Shown here: positions 20,250-30,886 of the stretch, piece after piece
Numbering within the stretch: the stretch's first letter is position 1
Layout of the letters: the number at the start of each line of letters is the position of its first letter
NCBI GenBank assembly: GCA_963801815.1
Contig: CAWDGJ010000002.1
Span: forward strand, 1 to 64,000
Source of the DNA: an uncultured Verrucomicrobiae bacterium
Lineage (GTDB): Bacteria; Verrucomicrobiota; Verrucomicrobiia; Chthoniobacterales; UBA10450
Reading direction: 5' to 3'
Length of the DNA stretch: 64,000 bases
Translations under genes and position numbers: made by a program
The notes under the pieces: generated by a model
The model's input: only the letters and a program-made list of their open reading frames with translations
What the model was told of the DNA's origin: nothing
The model's database searches: none

Positions 20250-22476
20250 CTATGCCCCCTGCGCTACGTACACCTTCTCCTCAGGCACCTTGCCGTCCCA
20301 TTCAGCGATCTGGCCGCAGCGGGTGCATTTCACCTTCTGCGCGCCGTCCTGGCGCTGGGCGCGGCCCATGACCGTCATGAGGCCGCCGCAGCGGGGGCAT
20401 GGAAGGGGCACAGGTCTCTCCCAGAGCGAGAAGTCGCAGTCGGGGTAGCGGCTGCACGAGTAGAACACCCGGCCCTTCTTGCTCTTCTTCTCGATAATCT
20501 GGCCCTGGCCGCATTGCGGGCATTCCACGCCCAGGCTGACCACGATCGGCCGCGTGTAGCGGCACTTGGGGAAGCCAGAGCAGGCGATGAAGGGGCCGAA
20601 ACGGCTCTCCCTGATAACAAGCTCGTGGCCCGATTCGGGGCATAGCTCGCCCGTCTTCTGTGGCTCCGGCTTCGACACTTCGATGCGGCCCACCTGAGTT
20701 TCGGCTTGCGATAGGGCGCTCTCGAATGGACCATAGAAGTCCGAGATAACAGGAGCCCATTGCCGCTCGCCTGACGCCACTTCGTCGAGCTCCTCCTCCA
20801 TGTTGGACGTGAAGCCCACATCCACTATGTCGGGGAAGTGCTCCACCAGCAGGTCGTTGACCGCTATGCCCAGCTCGGTTGGTATGAACTTCTTTTCTTC
20901 TTTGAGCACATAGCCTCGATCCTGGATGGTGGAAAGGATGGGCGCGTAGGTGGAAGGGCGTCCGATGCCTTGCTCTTCGAGCACTTTCACCAGCGTGGCC
21001 TCGGTGTAGCGGGGCGGTGGCTGGGTGAAGTGCTGCTCGGGCCAGAGCTTGAGCAGATCGAGTAACTCGTTCTCGGTGAGGGGAGGGAGGGCGGCCTGGT
21101 CCATCTCGTCGTCGGCGTCTCCCGCGTCGTGACCTTCGCGATAGACCGAGATGAAGCCCGGGAACTTGATGACGGAGCCGACAGCCCTGAACGTGTAGGG
21201 CCTGGGCGCTTTGTCGCTGGCTTTGCCGGCTCCCACATCGACCGTTGTCTGGTCGAAGATGGCGTTTGCCATCTGGGAGGCGATGAAGCGCTGCCAGATC
21301 AGCTTGTAGAGTCGGTACTGGTCGGACGACAGGAAGTGCTTGATGCTGTCAGGGTCGCGGCTCGCGTGCGTGGGCCGGATGGCTTCGTGAGCTTCCTGGG
21401 CGCGGGGGCTCTTGCGAGCGTACACGGGGGGAGCCGCCGGTACGAACTCCTTGCCGAAGCGGGCCGCTATCACCTCGCGCGCCTCTTGCTGCGCTATCGA
21501 GGCTACGTTGGTCGAGTCGGTCCTCATGTAGGTGATGAGGCCGGTCGAGCCTTCGCTGCCCAGATCGATGCCTTCGTAGAGTTGCTGGGCGATCAGCATG
21601 GTCTTGCGGGCGGCGAAGTTGAGCTTGCGCGAGGCTTCCTGCTGCAAGGTGGACGTGATGAAGGGCGGCGAGGGCCGGCGCTGGGCCTCGCGTTTCTTCA
21701 CGCTCTCCACAATGTATTCGGCCCCCTCGAGGGCGGACATAATCTCTCCGGCCTCGTCGCCGTTCTTGAGGTCGGGCTTCTTGCCGCGCACGGAGTTGAG
21801 CACCGTGTGGAAGGCATCCTTCTTCTTGCCGGGAGGGCGCTTGCTCAGGTCGGCTTCGATGCTCCAGTATTCCTGGGACACGAATGCCTCGATCTCGCGC
21901 TCGCGCTCCACCACGAGGCGCACGGCCACGCTCTGCACGCGCCCGGCCGAGAGGCCGCGCCTGCACCTTCTTCCAGAGGAGGGGCGAGAGGCGGTAGCCC
22001 ACGAGCCGGTCGAGCACGCGGCGGGCCTGCTGGGCGTCCACCATGTGCATGTTGATTTCGCGGGGGTGAGCCACGGCCTCCTGGATGGCGCCGGGTGTGA
22101 TCTCGTGGAACTCAACGCGGAACACGGGCTGGCCGCGCTCGCCCGCACCGGTCACTTCGCGCACGTGCCAGGCAATGGCCTCGCCTTCGCGGTCGGGGTC
22201 GGTGGCCAGGTAGACCGCCCTGGCGGATTGCACGCGCTGGCGCAGGTCTTTGACCGTCCTGCTCTTGTCGCGGGGCACCACGTACTGAGGCGCGAAACCG
22301 TGCTCGGTGTCCACGCCCAGCGTTGACTTGGGCAGATCGCGCACGTGGCCCATGCTGGCCTCGACCGCGAAGTTGCGGCCCAGGTACTTCTTGATAGTCT
22401 TGGCCTTGGCGGGCGATTCCACGATCACCAGATTGGTTGTGCCTCTGGTGACGGTCGTTCCTCCTTCTTCCGCCAG
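20250..22476 (-). CDS. topA: DNA topoisomerase I (frameshift near 21960; start lies at the segment junction)
   Basis: NLVIVESPAKAKTIKKYLG, LATDPDREGEAIAWH, SAGRVQSVA, GLITYMRTDS, QEAHEAIRPT, GIGRPSTYA, C-terminal zinc ribbons. Confidence 0.95.
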
Positions 22477-22648
22477 AGATTGTGACGGTATCCCCGCATC
22501 CGGGTACGCCTGCACCACCCCAAGTAGCGGCGCTCCCCCAACTTCCTGACTGTGTGCTGGCAAAAGTTCCGGCGATTGCCGGATAAGCGCCTACAATAAA
22601 GAGACTAACCGCCGCGATCGTTAGAGTTAATGGGGATTTTGTTTTCAT
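22477..22648 (-). pseudogene. N-terminal fragment of a secreted protein, truncated at the junction
   Basis: Signal peptide MKTKSPLTLTIAAVSLFIVGAYPAIA then STQSGSWGSAATWGGAGVPGCGDTVTISG (W..ATW...VP...DTVTI pattern of large beta-rich surface proteins), then reads out of frame into topA. Confidence 0.7.
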
Positions 22649-22666
22649 ATTTGGTCTCTACCAAGC

Positions 22667-22696
22667 AATGCGTAAACGCCGCACCCGAAACGGACA
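22667..22696 (-). promoter_or_regulatory. candidate ECF-type promoter for the divergent secreted-protein gene
   Basis: TGTCCG-N18-CGCATT on the minus strand about 20 nt before ATG 22648, divergent from an ECF sigma gene. Confidence 0.4.
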
Positions 22697-22742
22697 TTTT
22701 CCGCAAAATTAGTTTCGCCTGTGAAGCGTCCGGGGAACTAGA

Positions 22743-23339
22743 ATGATCCGAACAGAAAAAGCCGTGAGTCCCGATCCACCAGCAGATGTTACCCATATTC
22801 TCCTTGATTGGAGCAAGGGCGATGCGGCCGCCCCTGACAAATTAATGCCCCTGGTTTACGAAGAATTGCGACGATTGGCGCGCAATTATCTCGGTCGCGA
22901 ACGAAACGATCACACTCTGCAGGCGACGGCGCTCGTGCACGAGGCTTACTTGCGTCTTGCGGATGAAACGCGACTGACCTGGAAAGATCGTGCGCACTTC
23001 TACGGAATTGCCGCGCACTTGATGCGCCGGATACTGGTCGATCACGCCCGTGCCCACAACGCCGTGAAGCGAGGCGGCCTCGAACAAAAACTTTCCCTGG
23101 ATGAAGCCCGGGAGCTGCCCATGAAAGAAACAGTCGAGTTAGTGGCGCTCGACGGCGCCCTGGAAAATTTCAGCCAGAATTATCCCCGCAAGGGCGAAGT
23201 CGTCGAGTTGAAGTTCTTCGGCGGGCTTGAGACCAAGGAAATTTCCGAAGTGTTGCAAATCTCTGAAAAGACAGTTTTGCGCGATTGGAATTTTGCCAAA
23301 CTCTGGCTCTGCCGCGCACTTACTCAAAATGCAGCCTGA
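22743..23339 (+). CDS. ECF sigma factor, Ser/Thr-kinase-associated (TIGR02999-like)
   Basis: DVTHILLDWSKGD...LMPLVYEELRRLA...HTLQATALVHEAYLRL...MRRILVDHAR..KRGG...VVELKFFGGL...TVLRDWNFAKLWL; alternative GTG start 22764. Confidence 0.92.
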   Translation: MIRTEKAVSPDPPADVTHILLDWSKGDAAAPDKLMPLVYEELRRLARNYLGRERNDHTLQATALVHEAYLRLADETRLTWKDRAHFYGIAAHLMRRILVDHARAHNAVKRGGLEQKLSLDEARELPMKETVELVALDGALENFSQNYPRKGEVVELKFFGGLETKEISEVLQISEKTVLRDWNFAKLWLCRALTQNAA

Positions 23340-25857
23340 GCGCGCCGCGCGCATCGCCGACATTGTCGAGCAAGCGCTCGACGTGCAAATTGGTCAGCGC
23401 GGTCCTTTGCTGGTCGAGCTTTGCGGAGAAGACCGTGAACTTTTCGTCGAAGTCGCGTCCCTTCTCCATTTTCAGGAAAAGGCGCGCGACTTTATCGAGA
23501 AACCAGCTGTCGAAACCGTTGCGGAGATCTTGGCCGGCGACCGATGTGGCCTTCAAACTGGGGACACGCTGAATGGCTATACCATTCTTTCCCTGCTCGG
23601 CGAGGGCGGTATGGGAGAAGTTTACCTTGCTAACGACAGTTCGTTAGGGCGCAAAGTTGCGATCAAGGTGCTGAAGTTCGGCATGGGTACGGCGAACTTC
23701 ATCCGTCACTTCAAAGAGGAGGAACGAATCCTCGCCGGACTGACCCATTCGAACATTGCCCAACTTTACGGCGGAGCTCTGACGAGAAATGGCCTGCCCT
23801 ACTTTGTAATGGAGTATGTCGACGGAAAACGCCTTGACCACTACTGCCGTGACAACGCATCGCTAATTCCACAACGACTGGAGCTGTTCCGAAAAATTTG
23901 CTCGGCGGTAGCTTACGCGCACCAACGCCTCGTCATTCATCGCGATCTCAAACCGGCCAACATTCGTGTGACTCTCGAGGGCGAACCGAAGTTACTCGAT
24001 TTCGGAATTGCCAAACTCATCGACCCGGGAACGGCTGCCATGGAACAAACGATGACGTTTGCGACCGTGATGACTCCTGAGTACGCGAGCCCGGAGCAAG
24101 TTCGGGGCGAAACGATGACGACTGCCAGCGATGTTTACAGTCTTGGGGTGGTGCTTTACGAACTTTTGACGGAAAAGAGACCGTACAAAGTCGACAATCG
24201 AACGCCGACCGCAATCGCCCGCGCAATTACCGATCAGGAGCCGACGAAGCCAAGTACGGCCATCGCCAAAGGCGATGGAAATTCCAAAACTGGAAATCTG
24301 AACCCCAAAACTCTTAGGGGCGACCTCGACAACATCGTTTTGAAAGCGCTACGGAAGGAACCGGAGCGGCGTTACGCGTCAGTCAATCAATTTTCGGAAG
24401 ACATTCGGCGCTATCTTGAAGGCCGACCAGTAACCGCGCGCAGAGATACATTCAGTTATCGCGCCGAAAAATTCATCAAGCGAAACAAAATCGGCGTCCT
24501 GGCCGCGACCATTATTCTTTTCAGTCTCATCGCCGGAATTTTTGCGACCACATTCGAAGCCCGACGCGCCAACCGACGGTTTAACGAAGTGCGAAGCCTG
24601 GCGAATTCGCTGATGTTCGAGATTCACGATTCGGTTAAAGACCTCCAAGGCTCGACCCCAACGCGTCGCCTCATTGTTAATCGCGCCTTGGAATATCTGG
24701 ATAGCCTTGCGCGTGAAGCCGGCCGCAATTCGTCATTGCAACGCGAATTGGCGACCGCCTACGAAAAGATCGGAGATATTCAGGGAAATCCGTACAATGC
24801 AAATCTCGGTGACACGGAGGGCGCATTGACGAGCTATCGCAAAGCCTTAGCGATCCGCGAGGCGCTCAAAGACAATCGCGACGTCGATCTGGCGATGGAG
24901 ATGGGAAGAAGTTATCGCGCACTGGGCGACATTTTGGAGCAAAAGGGAAATGTTGCCGCGACGATCGAGAACTACCGCCGCTCTTTATCGATCTTCCAAA
25001 AACTGGCAACGGCGAATCCGGAGAATTTTGCAGTCCAGGATGAATATGCGCGCGCCCAAGAAGTTTTAGGCGACGGCCTCGGACGGACCGATTTGAAAGA
25101 AGAGCGACTCAAAGCTTTTCAAAGCGCGCTTTTAATCAGGCAACAATTGCGCACGCAAAGACCGAACGACATGAAATTGCGCCGAAGCATTGCACTGAAC
25201 TTCTTGAAAATGGGCGGAGCAGCCGATCCAAAAGATCCGCAAGCCGCGGACAACGTGCGACGCGGAATCGCAATCCTCGAAAAGTTCGCTGCGGAAGATC
25301 CAAACAACGAACGCTCCTACCGTGAAGTTGGCTATGGCTATTACCAGCTCGGGCAAGTTGAATTCGCCGCGGGCAATTTTTCGGGCGCATTGGATAGCCG
25401 CCGCAAGGCGTTCACTATTCGCGAAAAGGTTGCAGAACAGGATCCGAAAAATGTTCAAGCCCGCTTCGACCTCGGTGTGGCACACGGCGATTTGGCTGAA
25501 GCATTGGCGGCGACCGGCGAATATTCCCAGGCCCTCGGGCACGCGCAGCAAGCGTTATCGACATTGCAAGGATTAGCCGCCGCGGATCCGACCAACGCCG
25601 TGTACCAACGAAACGTGGGCCTCTGTTACGAAAAATTCGGCGAGACTTACGAGAAGCTTGGCGCCGATCAAAAACATCCTCCTTCTCAACGACTGAAGGA
25701 CTGGGCTGACGCGCGGACGTGGTATCGAAAAGGAGTCGAACTCTTTTCGAAATTGCGAGATCGCGGCACGCTCATGCCCGCGGATTCCGAACAACCACAA
25801 GAATTTTCCGCCAAAATCCAGGAATGCGACGACGCGATCGCTCAGCTAAAAAGGTAG
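23329..25857 (+). CDS. membrane Ser/Thr protein kinase with C-terminal TPR-like repeats
   Basis: GEGGMGEVY, VAIKV, HRDLKPANI, DFGIAK, TPEYASPEQ, DVYSLG; TM helix, then helical repeats; overlaps the sigma stop. Confidence 0.93.
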   Translation: MQPERAARIADIVEQALDVQIGQRGPLLVELCGEDRELFVEVASLLHFQEKARDFIEKPAVETVAEILAGDRCGLQTGDTLNGYTILSLLGEGGMGEVYLANDSSLGRKVAIKVLKFGMGTANFIRHFKEEERILAGLTHSNIAQLYGGALTRNGLPYFVMEYVDGKRLDHYCRDNASLIPQRLELFRKICSAVAYAHQRLVIHRDLKPANIRVTLEGEPKLLDFGIAKLIDPGTAAMEQTMTFATVMTPEYASPEQVRGETMTTASDVYSLGVVLYELLTEKRPYKVDNRTPTAIARAITDQEPTKPSTAIAKGDGNSKTGNLNPKTLRGDLDNIVLKALRKEPERRYASVNQFSEDIRRYLEGRPVTARRDTFSYRAEKFIKRNKIGVLAATIILFSLIAGIFATTFEARRANRRFNEVRSLANSLMFEIHDSVKDLQGSTPTRRLIVNRALEYLDSLAREAGRNSSLQRELATAYEKIGDIQGNPYNANLGDTEGALTSYRKALAIREALKDNRDVDLAMEMGRSYRALGDILEQKGNVAATIENYRRSLSIFQKLATANPENFAVQDEYARAQEVLGDGLGRTDLKEERLKAFQSALLIRQQLRTQRPNDMKLRRSIALNFLKMGGAADPKDPQAADNVRRGIAILEKFAAEDPNNERSYREVGYGYYQLGQVEFAAGNFSGALDSRRKAFTIREKVAEQDPKNVQARFDLGVAHGDLAEALAATGEYSQALGHAQQALSTLQGLAAADPTNAVYQRNVGLCYEKFGETYEKLGADQKHPPSQRLKDWADARTWYRKGVELFSKLRDRGTLMPADSEQPQEFSAKIQECDDAIAQLKR

Positions 25858-25858
25858 A

Positions 25859-26851
25859 TCAGTGCCGACCAATTATCAGGACCGCCGCGCCATTGAGTTT
25901 TCCGGCTCGGAATTTCTCAAGAGCGGCGTTTGCATCTTCCAGTGAAAAAGCTTCGACCTTTGTTTTCACCGGAACGCGCGGCGCGATCTTCAGAAACTCC
26001 TCGCCGTCTCGACGAGTGAGGTTCGCCACCGAACTGATCTCGCGTTCCTCCCAGAGATCGGAATACGGAAACGAAGGAATGTCGCTCATGTGAATACCGC
26101 CGCAGACAACCACCCCGCCTTTCGCCAGAGAGCGCAGTGCGGCAGGAATCAATGCGCCGACGGGTGCAAAGATAATCGCGGCGTCGAGTTTTTCCGGCGG
26201 CATTTCATCCGATCCACCCGCCCACACTGCGCCCAACGAGCGCGCCTCCTTCTGACCGGCGACGTCGCCCGGCCGAGTGAAAGCATAGATGTCCTTTGTC
26301 TCGTAGACTGCGACTTGCGCGATCAAACGGGCCGCGTTCCCAAAACCGTAAATGCCAAGTCGCTTCGCACTGCCGGTTTTTCGATAGGAACGATACCCAA
26401 TCATTCCGGCGCAAAGCAGCGGCGCAATTTCCGCGTCATCGTAATCCTCAGGCAAATGAAAGCAGTAACGCGCATCCGCCACCGTCAACTCCGCGTAGCC
26501 GCCGTTGATCGTATAGCCCGTAAACCTCGCGCGATCACAGAGATTTTCGCGATCGGACCGGCAATAGGGACAAACTCCATCGGTCCAGCCGAGCCATGGA
26601 ATACCAACACGGTCGCCAACCGTAAATCCCTTCACGCTTGCACCTATTTGTTCGACCCGACCTACGATCTGGTGGCCAAGAATTAGAGGAAGCGCCGGAT
26701 CCGGCAATTCGTTATCCACTATGTGAAGATCGGTGCGGCAAACGCCGCAGGCGCTTACGCGAACGAGCAATTGCCCCTTTCCTTGTTTCGGATCTGGGAC
26801 ATTACGAACTGCGAGGGGCGATCCGATTTTTTCGAGAACCATCGCGCGCAT
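25859..26851 (-). CDS. zinc-dependent alcohol dehydrogenase family protein
   Basis: CGVCRTDLH, GHQIVG, GDRVGIPWLG, C-x2-C...ENLC, APLLCAG, GIYGFG. Confidence 0.92.
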   Translation of the reverse strand: MRAMVLEKIGSPLAVRNVPDPKQGKGQLLVRVSACGVCRTDLHIVDNELPDPALPLILGHQIVGRVEQIGASVKGFTVGDRVGIPWLGWTDGVCPYCRSDRENLCDRARFTGYTINGGYAELTVADARYCFHLPEDYDDAEIAPLLCAGMIGYRSYRKTGSAKRLGIYGFGNAARLIAQVAVYETKDIYAFTRPGDVAGQKEARSLGAVWAGGSDEMPPEKLDAAIIFAPVGALIPAALRSLAKGGVVVCGGIHMSDIPSFPYSDLWEEREISSVANLTRRDGEEFLKIAPRVPVKTKVEAFSLEDANAALEKFRAGKLNGAAVLIIGRH

Positions 26852-26961
26852 ATCGATCTAATTACGCGTGCGCGGCGGCGCCACGCAATCCGATCTGGAG
26901 GATTTAGAGGTTGCAAATTTTTACTCCGAGTCGAGCGTCGATTATCTCGAGCCAAACTCCC

Positions 26962-27489
26962 ATGCCTGATGACGATGGCCCGCAAATGGTTCAACGGTCT
27001 GAACCAGATTCCAATATTGTCTACCCGGATCCAATCCACGGTGAGAAGCAACTTTCGAGTGAAGACGCGGTAGATGAATCATCGACAGGCGGGCGGCTTC
27101 TTTTGTTCCTCGCTATTTTTCTTGGCTTCGCAATTGTTGCGGCCGGAGCCGTTTATTGGGTGCAAGCGCGCCAATTTCCCGGAATGGCTGCGATTAACCC
27201 GCCCGATGCGCGCGACAAAGATCCGCTTGGCAAACAGGGTTCTCTCGTCCCGGTAAGTCCGGATTACTTGCACGTCACTTCGATCGCGCTGGGAAATCAG
27301 CGTCTGACAATTGTAAATGCAAAGCGACTGGCTGAAGGCGATTGGCTAGTGGTGAAAACGCCCATAGGCGACTCCAGTGTGCGCGTGATTTCCATTCAGG
27401 ATGGATTCGTCAAATTCAAACACGGCCGCGAAACGTTCGACGCTCGCCTGCAGGTTATCCAAAGTCCGTCTCCTCCTCCACCGCACTGA
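26962..27489 (+). CDS. single-TM hypothetical protein (type II secretion/pilus PilP-GspB-like C-terminus possible)
   Basis: TM LLLFLAIFLGFAIVAAGAVYW; LHVTSIALG...IVNAKRLAEGD...VISIQDGFVKF. Confidence 0.55.
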   Translation: MPDDDGPQMVQRSEPDSNIVYPDPIHGEKQLSSEDAVDESSTGGRLLLFLAIFLGFAIVAAGAVYWVQARQFPGMAAINPPDARDKDPLGKQGSLVPVSPDYLHVTSIALGNQRLTIVNAKRLAEGDWLVVKTPIGDSSVRVISIQDGFVKFKHGRETFDARLQVIQSPSPPPPH

Positions 27490-27511
27490 TCCAGCAAGAC
27501 CGCGCGCTGAG

Positions 27512-28063
27512 CTAGTCCGCTGAAAGTGAGACGGTTTGCGACAAAAGGTCGTTGGCTTTTTCTAATTCGGCGATTCTGGCGCGAAGTTCTTCCGTGCGCT
27601 CTCGAACTGCGTCCTCGAGAGCAGCACGCTGATTATCAAGTAACAAATGAACACGGCGGCTCCGTAGCAAATTACGAATCCGCAAAGCAACTTCGGTGTG
27701 ATCAAATGGTTTGAGCAAAAAATCGGTCGCGCCGACTTCGAGTGCGCGCCGTTTTGATTCTTCATTTGTATCGGCCGTAAGAATAACGATCGGCAAAAAT
27801 GTGTTGTGCGTTTCGACGCGAACCCGCTCTAAAATAGCGAAACCATCAGGTGGCGGCATCATCAGGTCGAGCAGCACCAGATCGGGCTGAAATTTTCTGC
27901 AAATGTCGAGGGCTTGCGTTGAATCGGTCACTGACTCAAAACGGGTATATTCGCTTTCGATCAGAATCTCTTCAAGCAAAGCGACGTTCACCGGCTCGTC
28001 ATCGACGATGAGAATCTTCATTCTGGCGAGCTCCGCGGAGTCGTTATAGGTCGACATATTCAT
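27512..28063 (-). CDS. response regulator (REC + signalling helix, no output domain)
   Basis: KILIVDDEP, PDLVLLDLMMP, IVILTAD, DFLLKPF, LEDAVRERTEEL. Confidence 0.9.
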   Translation of the reverse strand: MNMSTYNDSAELARMKILIVDDEPVNVALLEEILIESEYTRFESVTDSTQALDICRKFQPDLVLLDLMMPPPDGFAILERVRVETHNTFLPIVILTADTNEESKRRALEVGATDFLLKPFDHTEVALRIRNLLRSRRVHLLLDNQRAALEDAVRERTEELRARIAELEKANDLLSQTVSLSAD

Positions 28064-30705
28064 GTGACGACGGATTCTCTAAGAGCATGTCCCGCTCCAT
28101 TTGAGGCACCGGTTTCGTCTATGACGCGGAAAAATTGGTTCACATCGATCGGCTTGGTGAGGTAAGTGGCAGCGCCGGCGTGCATTAGCCGATTGATCTG
28201 CGGTTTGGTAGCGTCGGCACTTATCACGATGACCGGGATGTTGCGAGTTCTTGGCTGAGCCTTGAGCTGAGCGAGAACCTCCCATCCGGGCAGATCGGGA
28301 AGGTGCAGATCTAGCAGAATGAGATCCGGCGAATACTGTTGGGCGAGCTCGATGCCGAGTTTCCCCTTTATTGCTGGAAGTAACTCAATCTCCGGTCGTT
28401 CTTGGAGCATTTGTTCGATCAGTGTGAGGTTCGACAAATTGTCTTCGATGTAAAGGACCTTGCATTTTCCCGGCGTAGGAGGGGCTTGGTTGGCCACCTC
28501 GCCATTTCTGTTTTGCGACACCGCCCGCTCGAGCGGAGACTTGGTACGTGGAAGCTCAACCCAGAACGTGGTACCCTTTCCAAGAACGCTGTCGACACCG
28601 ATGGAGCCGCCCATTGCTTCCATTAGACGTCGCGACAGCGCGAGTCCGAGTCCGGTGCCTTCAATGTCCGCCTGCTCAGCACCGAGGCGATCAAACGGAG
28701 TGAAGAGGCGACTTATTTTTTCCTGCGGAATGCCCGGGCCCGTGTCGGAAATGAAAACGCGCAGACGCTCGCCAGCGCTGGCTCCGCACGAAACGGAGAC
28801 GGTGCCACCGGCGGGTATGTATTTCACGCCATTCGCAAGCAAGTTAAGCAACACTTGCTTCAACCGCTGGCAATCCGCCATCACGTGCACAGATGCGTCA
28901 ACATCGAAATCGGCGAAGAGTTGAACCTTTCGCTGTGAGGCGAGCGGCCGCATGAGATCAATCGCTTCCGCCAGTGCGTCACTCACAGAAACTGGCTCCA
29001 GGGAGACCTGCATTTTGCCGGTCTCGATCCGGCTGATGTCGAGCACTTCGTTGATGAGTCCGAGCAAATGCTGGCCGGCATTGATGATGTGCCGAAGACG
29101 ACCGCGCTGCTTTTCAGTCGGATTCTGACGTTCGAGCAACTGACCGAAGCCAAGAATTGCATTCAGCGGCGTGCGCAGCTCGTGGCTAACCCGGGAGAGA
29201 AATTCACTTTTCGCTTTGTTCGCCTGCTCAACTTCTTCGACACGTCTGCGCTCGGTGATGTCTTCAACAGTTCCCTCGTAGTAGGCAACTTTGCCGTCGC
29301 TATCGCGAACCGCGCGAGAGTTCTCACAAAGCCACCGCCTCGTTTTGTCCTTGCGAAAAATTTCATATTCGAACAATTCGACCGATCCACGCGTTTCGAT
29401 CGCACGTTTGAATTCGTCGCGGCGTTTTGGATCAACATAAAGCGTTTGTTGAATGTCATTAACGCTGGCAATTAGCTCGTCCGGCGAGTCATAGCCAAAC
29501 ATGCGGGCCAGCGCCGGGTTTACGCTGAGAAATTTTCCATCCGGAGTACTTTGGAAAATACCTTCGATAGCGTTTTCGAAAATCGCCCGATACTTGTGTT
29601 CCGCGTCGCGGAGCGCCTGCTCGGCACGCTTCTTCTCAGTGACATCTTGGGCTGTGCCAAACATCCGAGAAGGTCGTCCAGAGGCGCCCTTGACGATGTC
29701 ACCCTGACTGTGAACAAAGCGGACTTCACCGTCAGGCCGAACGATTCGGTATTCCAGATCGTAGCGGGGACCTCCGTTGACCGCTTCAGCCACAGCTTGT
29801 TTTATCAGTTCCCGATCCTCGGAATGGATCAATTCCTGGAATTTCTCGAAGTCCAGGTCGCCCCCTGCAGGCCGCAGCCCAAAAATACTGTAGGTCTCAT
29901 CTGACCAACGAATGCGGTCAGAATCAAGGTCCCGTTCCCAATAACCCAGATGCGCAATGCGCTGGGCCTGGGCGAGTTTTTCCTCGCTCCCCCGCAGCTC
30001 AGTGTCCTGCGATTGGATGTGATCCAGCATTTGATTGAAGGCGTCGGTCAGCACACCGACCTCATCGTTGCAGGCTTTGCCTGCACGAACGGAATAGTCA
30101 TTGTGATCGGCAACTGTTCGCGCGGCGTCGGCCAGGCGGAGAATCGGTTCGGTAACGAAACGTAGGAATTGGCTGGAGAGAATGAATGCGACCAAGAGCG
30201 AAGCAATAAGAACCAAGGTAAAGATGCTGGCGTAGAGTTTCAGCAGCTGCGACCTGGTGGCCTGCAAATCCGCCAGCACGCACAAAGTCCCTTCCTGTGT
30301 TCCGCCAATCATCACCGGTTGGGCGAGGATGATTCTGTCGCCGTTAATTCTAAAACCGGACTTCAGACGCGCGGTTCTAATTTCCGATTCGTCGCGTGCT
30401 GTCCCGAAAAATGCGAGCCTCTGCTGGTTTGCGAGCTCGAGCCGCGCGCTAACCAATTGCGGCATCCCCTTCAATCCACTGAGGATTTGATGAGCGGCTT
30501 CCTGGTCTTTAAACCTGACAGCCGCGCCACATTCGCGCGCTGTGATTTCGCCGACAATCGCGAGCTCGTGGGTTGCCTGCTGCTTCAAAATGCAGGCCTG
30601 GAAGTAGAACAGGGCACCGAAAGCGAGAAAGAGCACTGCCGCGGTGATTGCCATAATTACCAACGTGATCTTTTGCCGGAGAGGTCGATCGCGTAAGAAG
30701 CACAT
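28060..30705 (-). CDS. hybrid sensor histidine kinase (periplasmic sensor-HAMP-PAS-PAS-HisKA-HATPase-REC)
   Basis: Two TMs, DEVGVLTDAFNQM, two PAS/PAC domains (DVTEKK, DITERR), SHELRTPLNAILGF, NLLANGVKY, DTGPGI, GTGLGL, C-terminal YIEDN...DLHLP. Confidence 0.93.
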   Translation of the reverse strand: MCFLRDRPLRQKITLVIMAITAAVLFLAFGALFYFQACILKQQATHELAIVGEITARECGAAVRFKDQEAAHQILSGLKGMPQLVSARLELANQQRLAFFGTARDESEIRTARLKSGFRINGDRIILAQPVMIGGTQEGTLCVLADLQATRSQLLKLYASIFTLVLIASLLVAFILSSQFLRFVTEPILRLADAARTVADHNDYSVRAGKACNDEVGVLTDAFNQMLDHIQSQDTELRGSEEKLAQAQRIAHLGYWERDLDSDRIRWSDETYSIFGLRPAGGDLDFEKFQELIHSEDRELIKQAVAEAVNGGPRYDLEYRIVRPDGEVRFVHSQGDIVKGASGRPSRMFGTAQDVTEKKRAEQALRDAEHKYRAIFENAIEGIFQSTPDGKFLSVNPALARMFGYDSPDELIASVNDIQQTLYVDPKRRDEFKRAIETRGSVELFEYEIFRKDKTRRWLCENSRAVRDSDGKVAYYEGTVEDITERRRVEEVEQANKAKSEFLSRVSHELRTPLNAILGFGQLLERQNPTEKQRGRLRHIINAGQHLLGLINEVLDISRIETGKMQVSLEPVSVSDALAEAIDLMRPLASQRKVQLFADFDVDASVHVMADCQRLKQVLLNLLANGVKYIPAGGTVSVSCGASAGERLRVFISDTGPGIPQEKISRLFTPFDRLGAEQADIEGTGLGLALSRRLMEAMGGSIGVDSVLGKGTTFWVELPRTKSPLERAVSQNRNGEVANQAPPTPGKCKVLYIEDNLSNLTLIEQMLQERPEIELLPAIKGKLGIELAQQYSPDLILLDLHLPDLPGWEVLAQLKAQPRTRNIPVIVISADATKPQINRLMHAGAATYLTKPIDVNQFFRVIDETGASNGAGHALRESVVT

Positions 30706-30886
30706 GCGCCTTGGGGTGCCGTTTCAAATCCGCTAGAAGCTATTTTCACGCCCGATTCGCGATTTGCCGCGTTTGCCCGGTTAGCCGGCCGACTCACAGC
30801 TAGCTAGAAGCCCAGAACGGCACCCCGCAGACCAGCGGGAACATATTCTGCTTTCGCGAGGAGTGTGGAGGGTCTGCGGGCCACCC

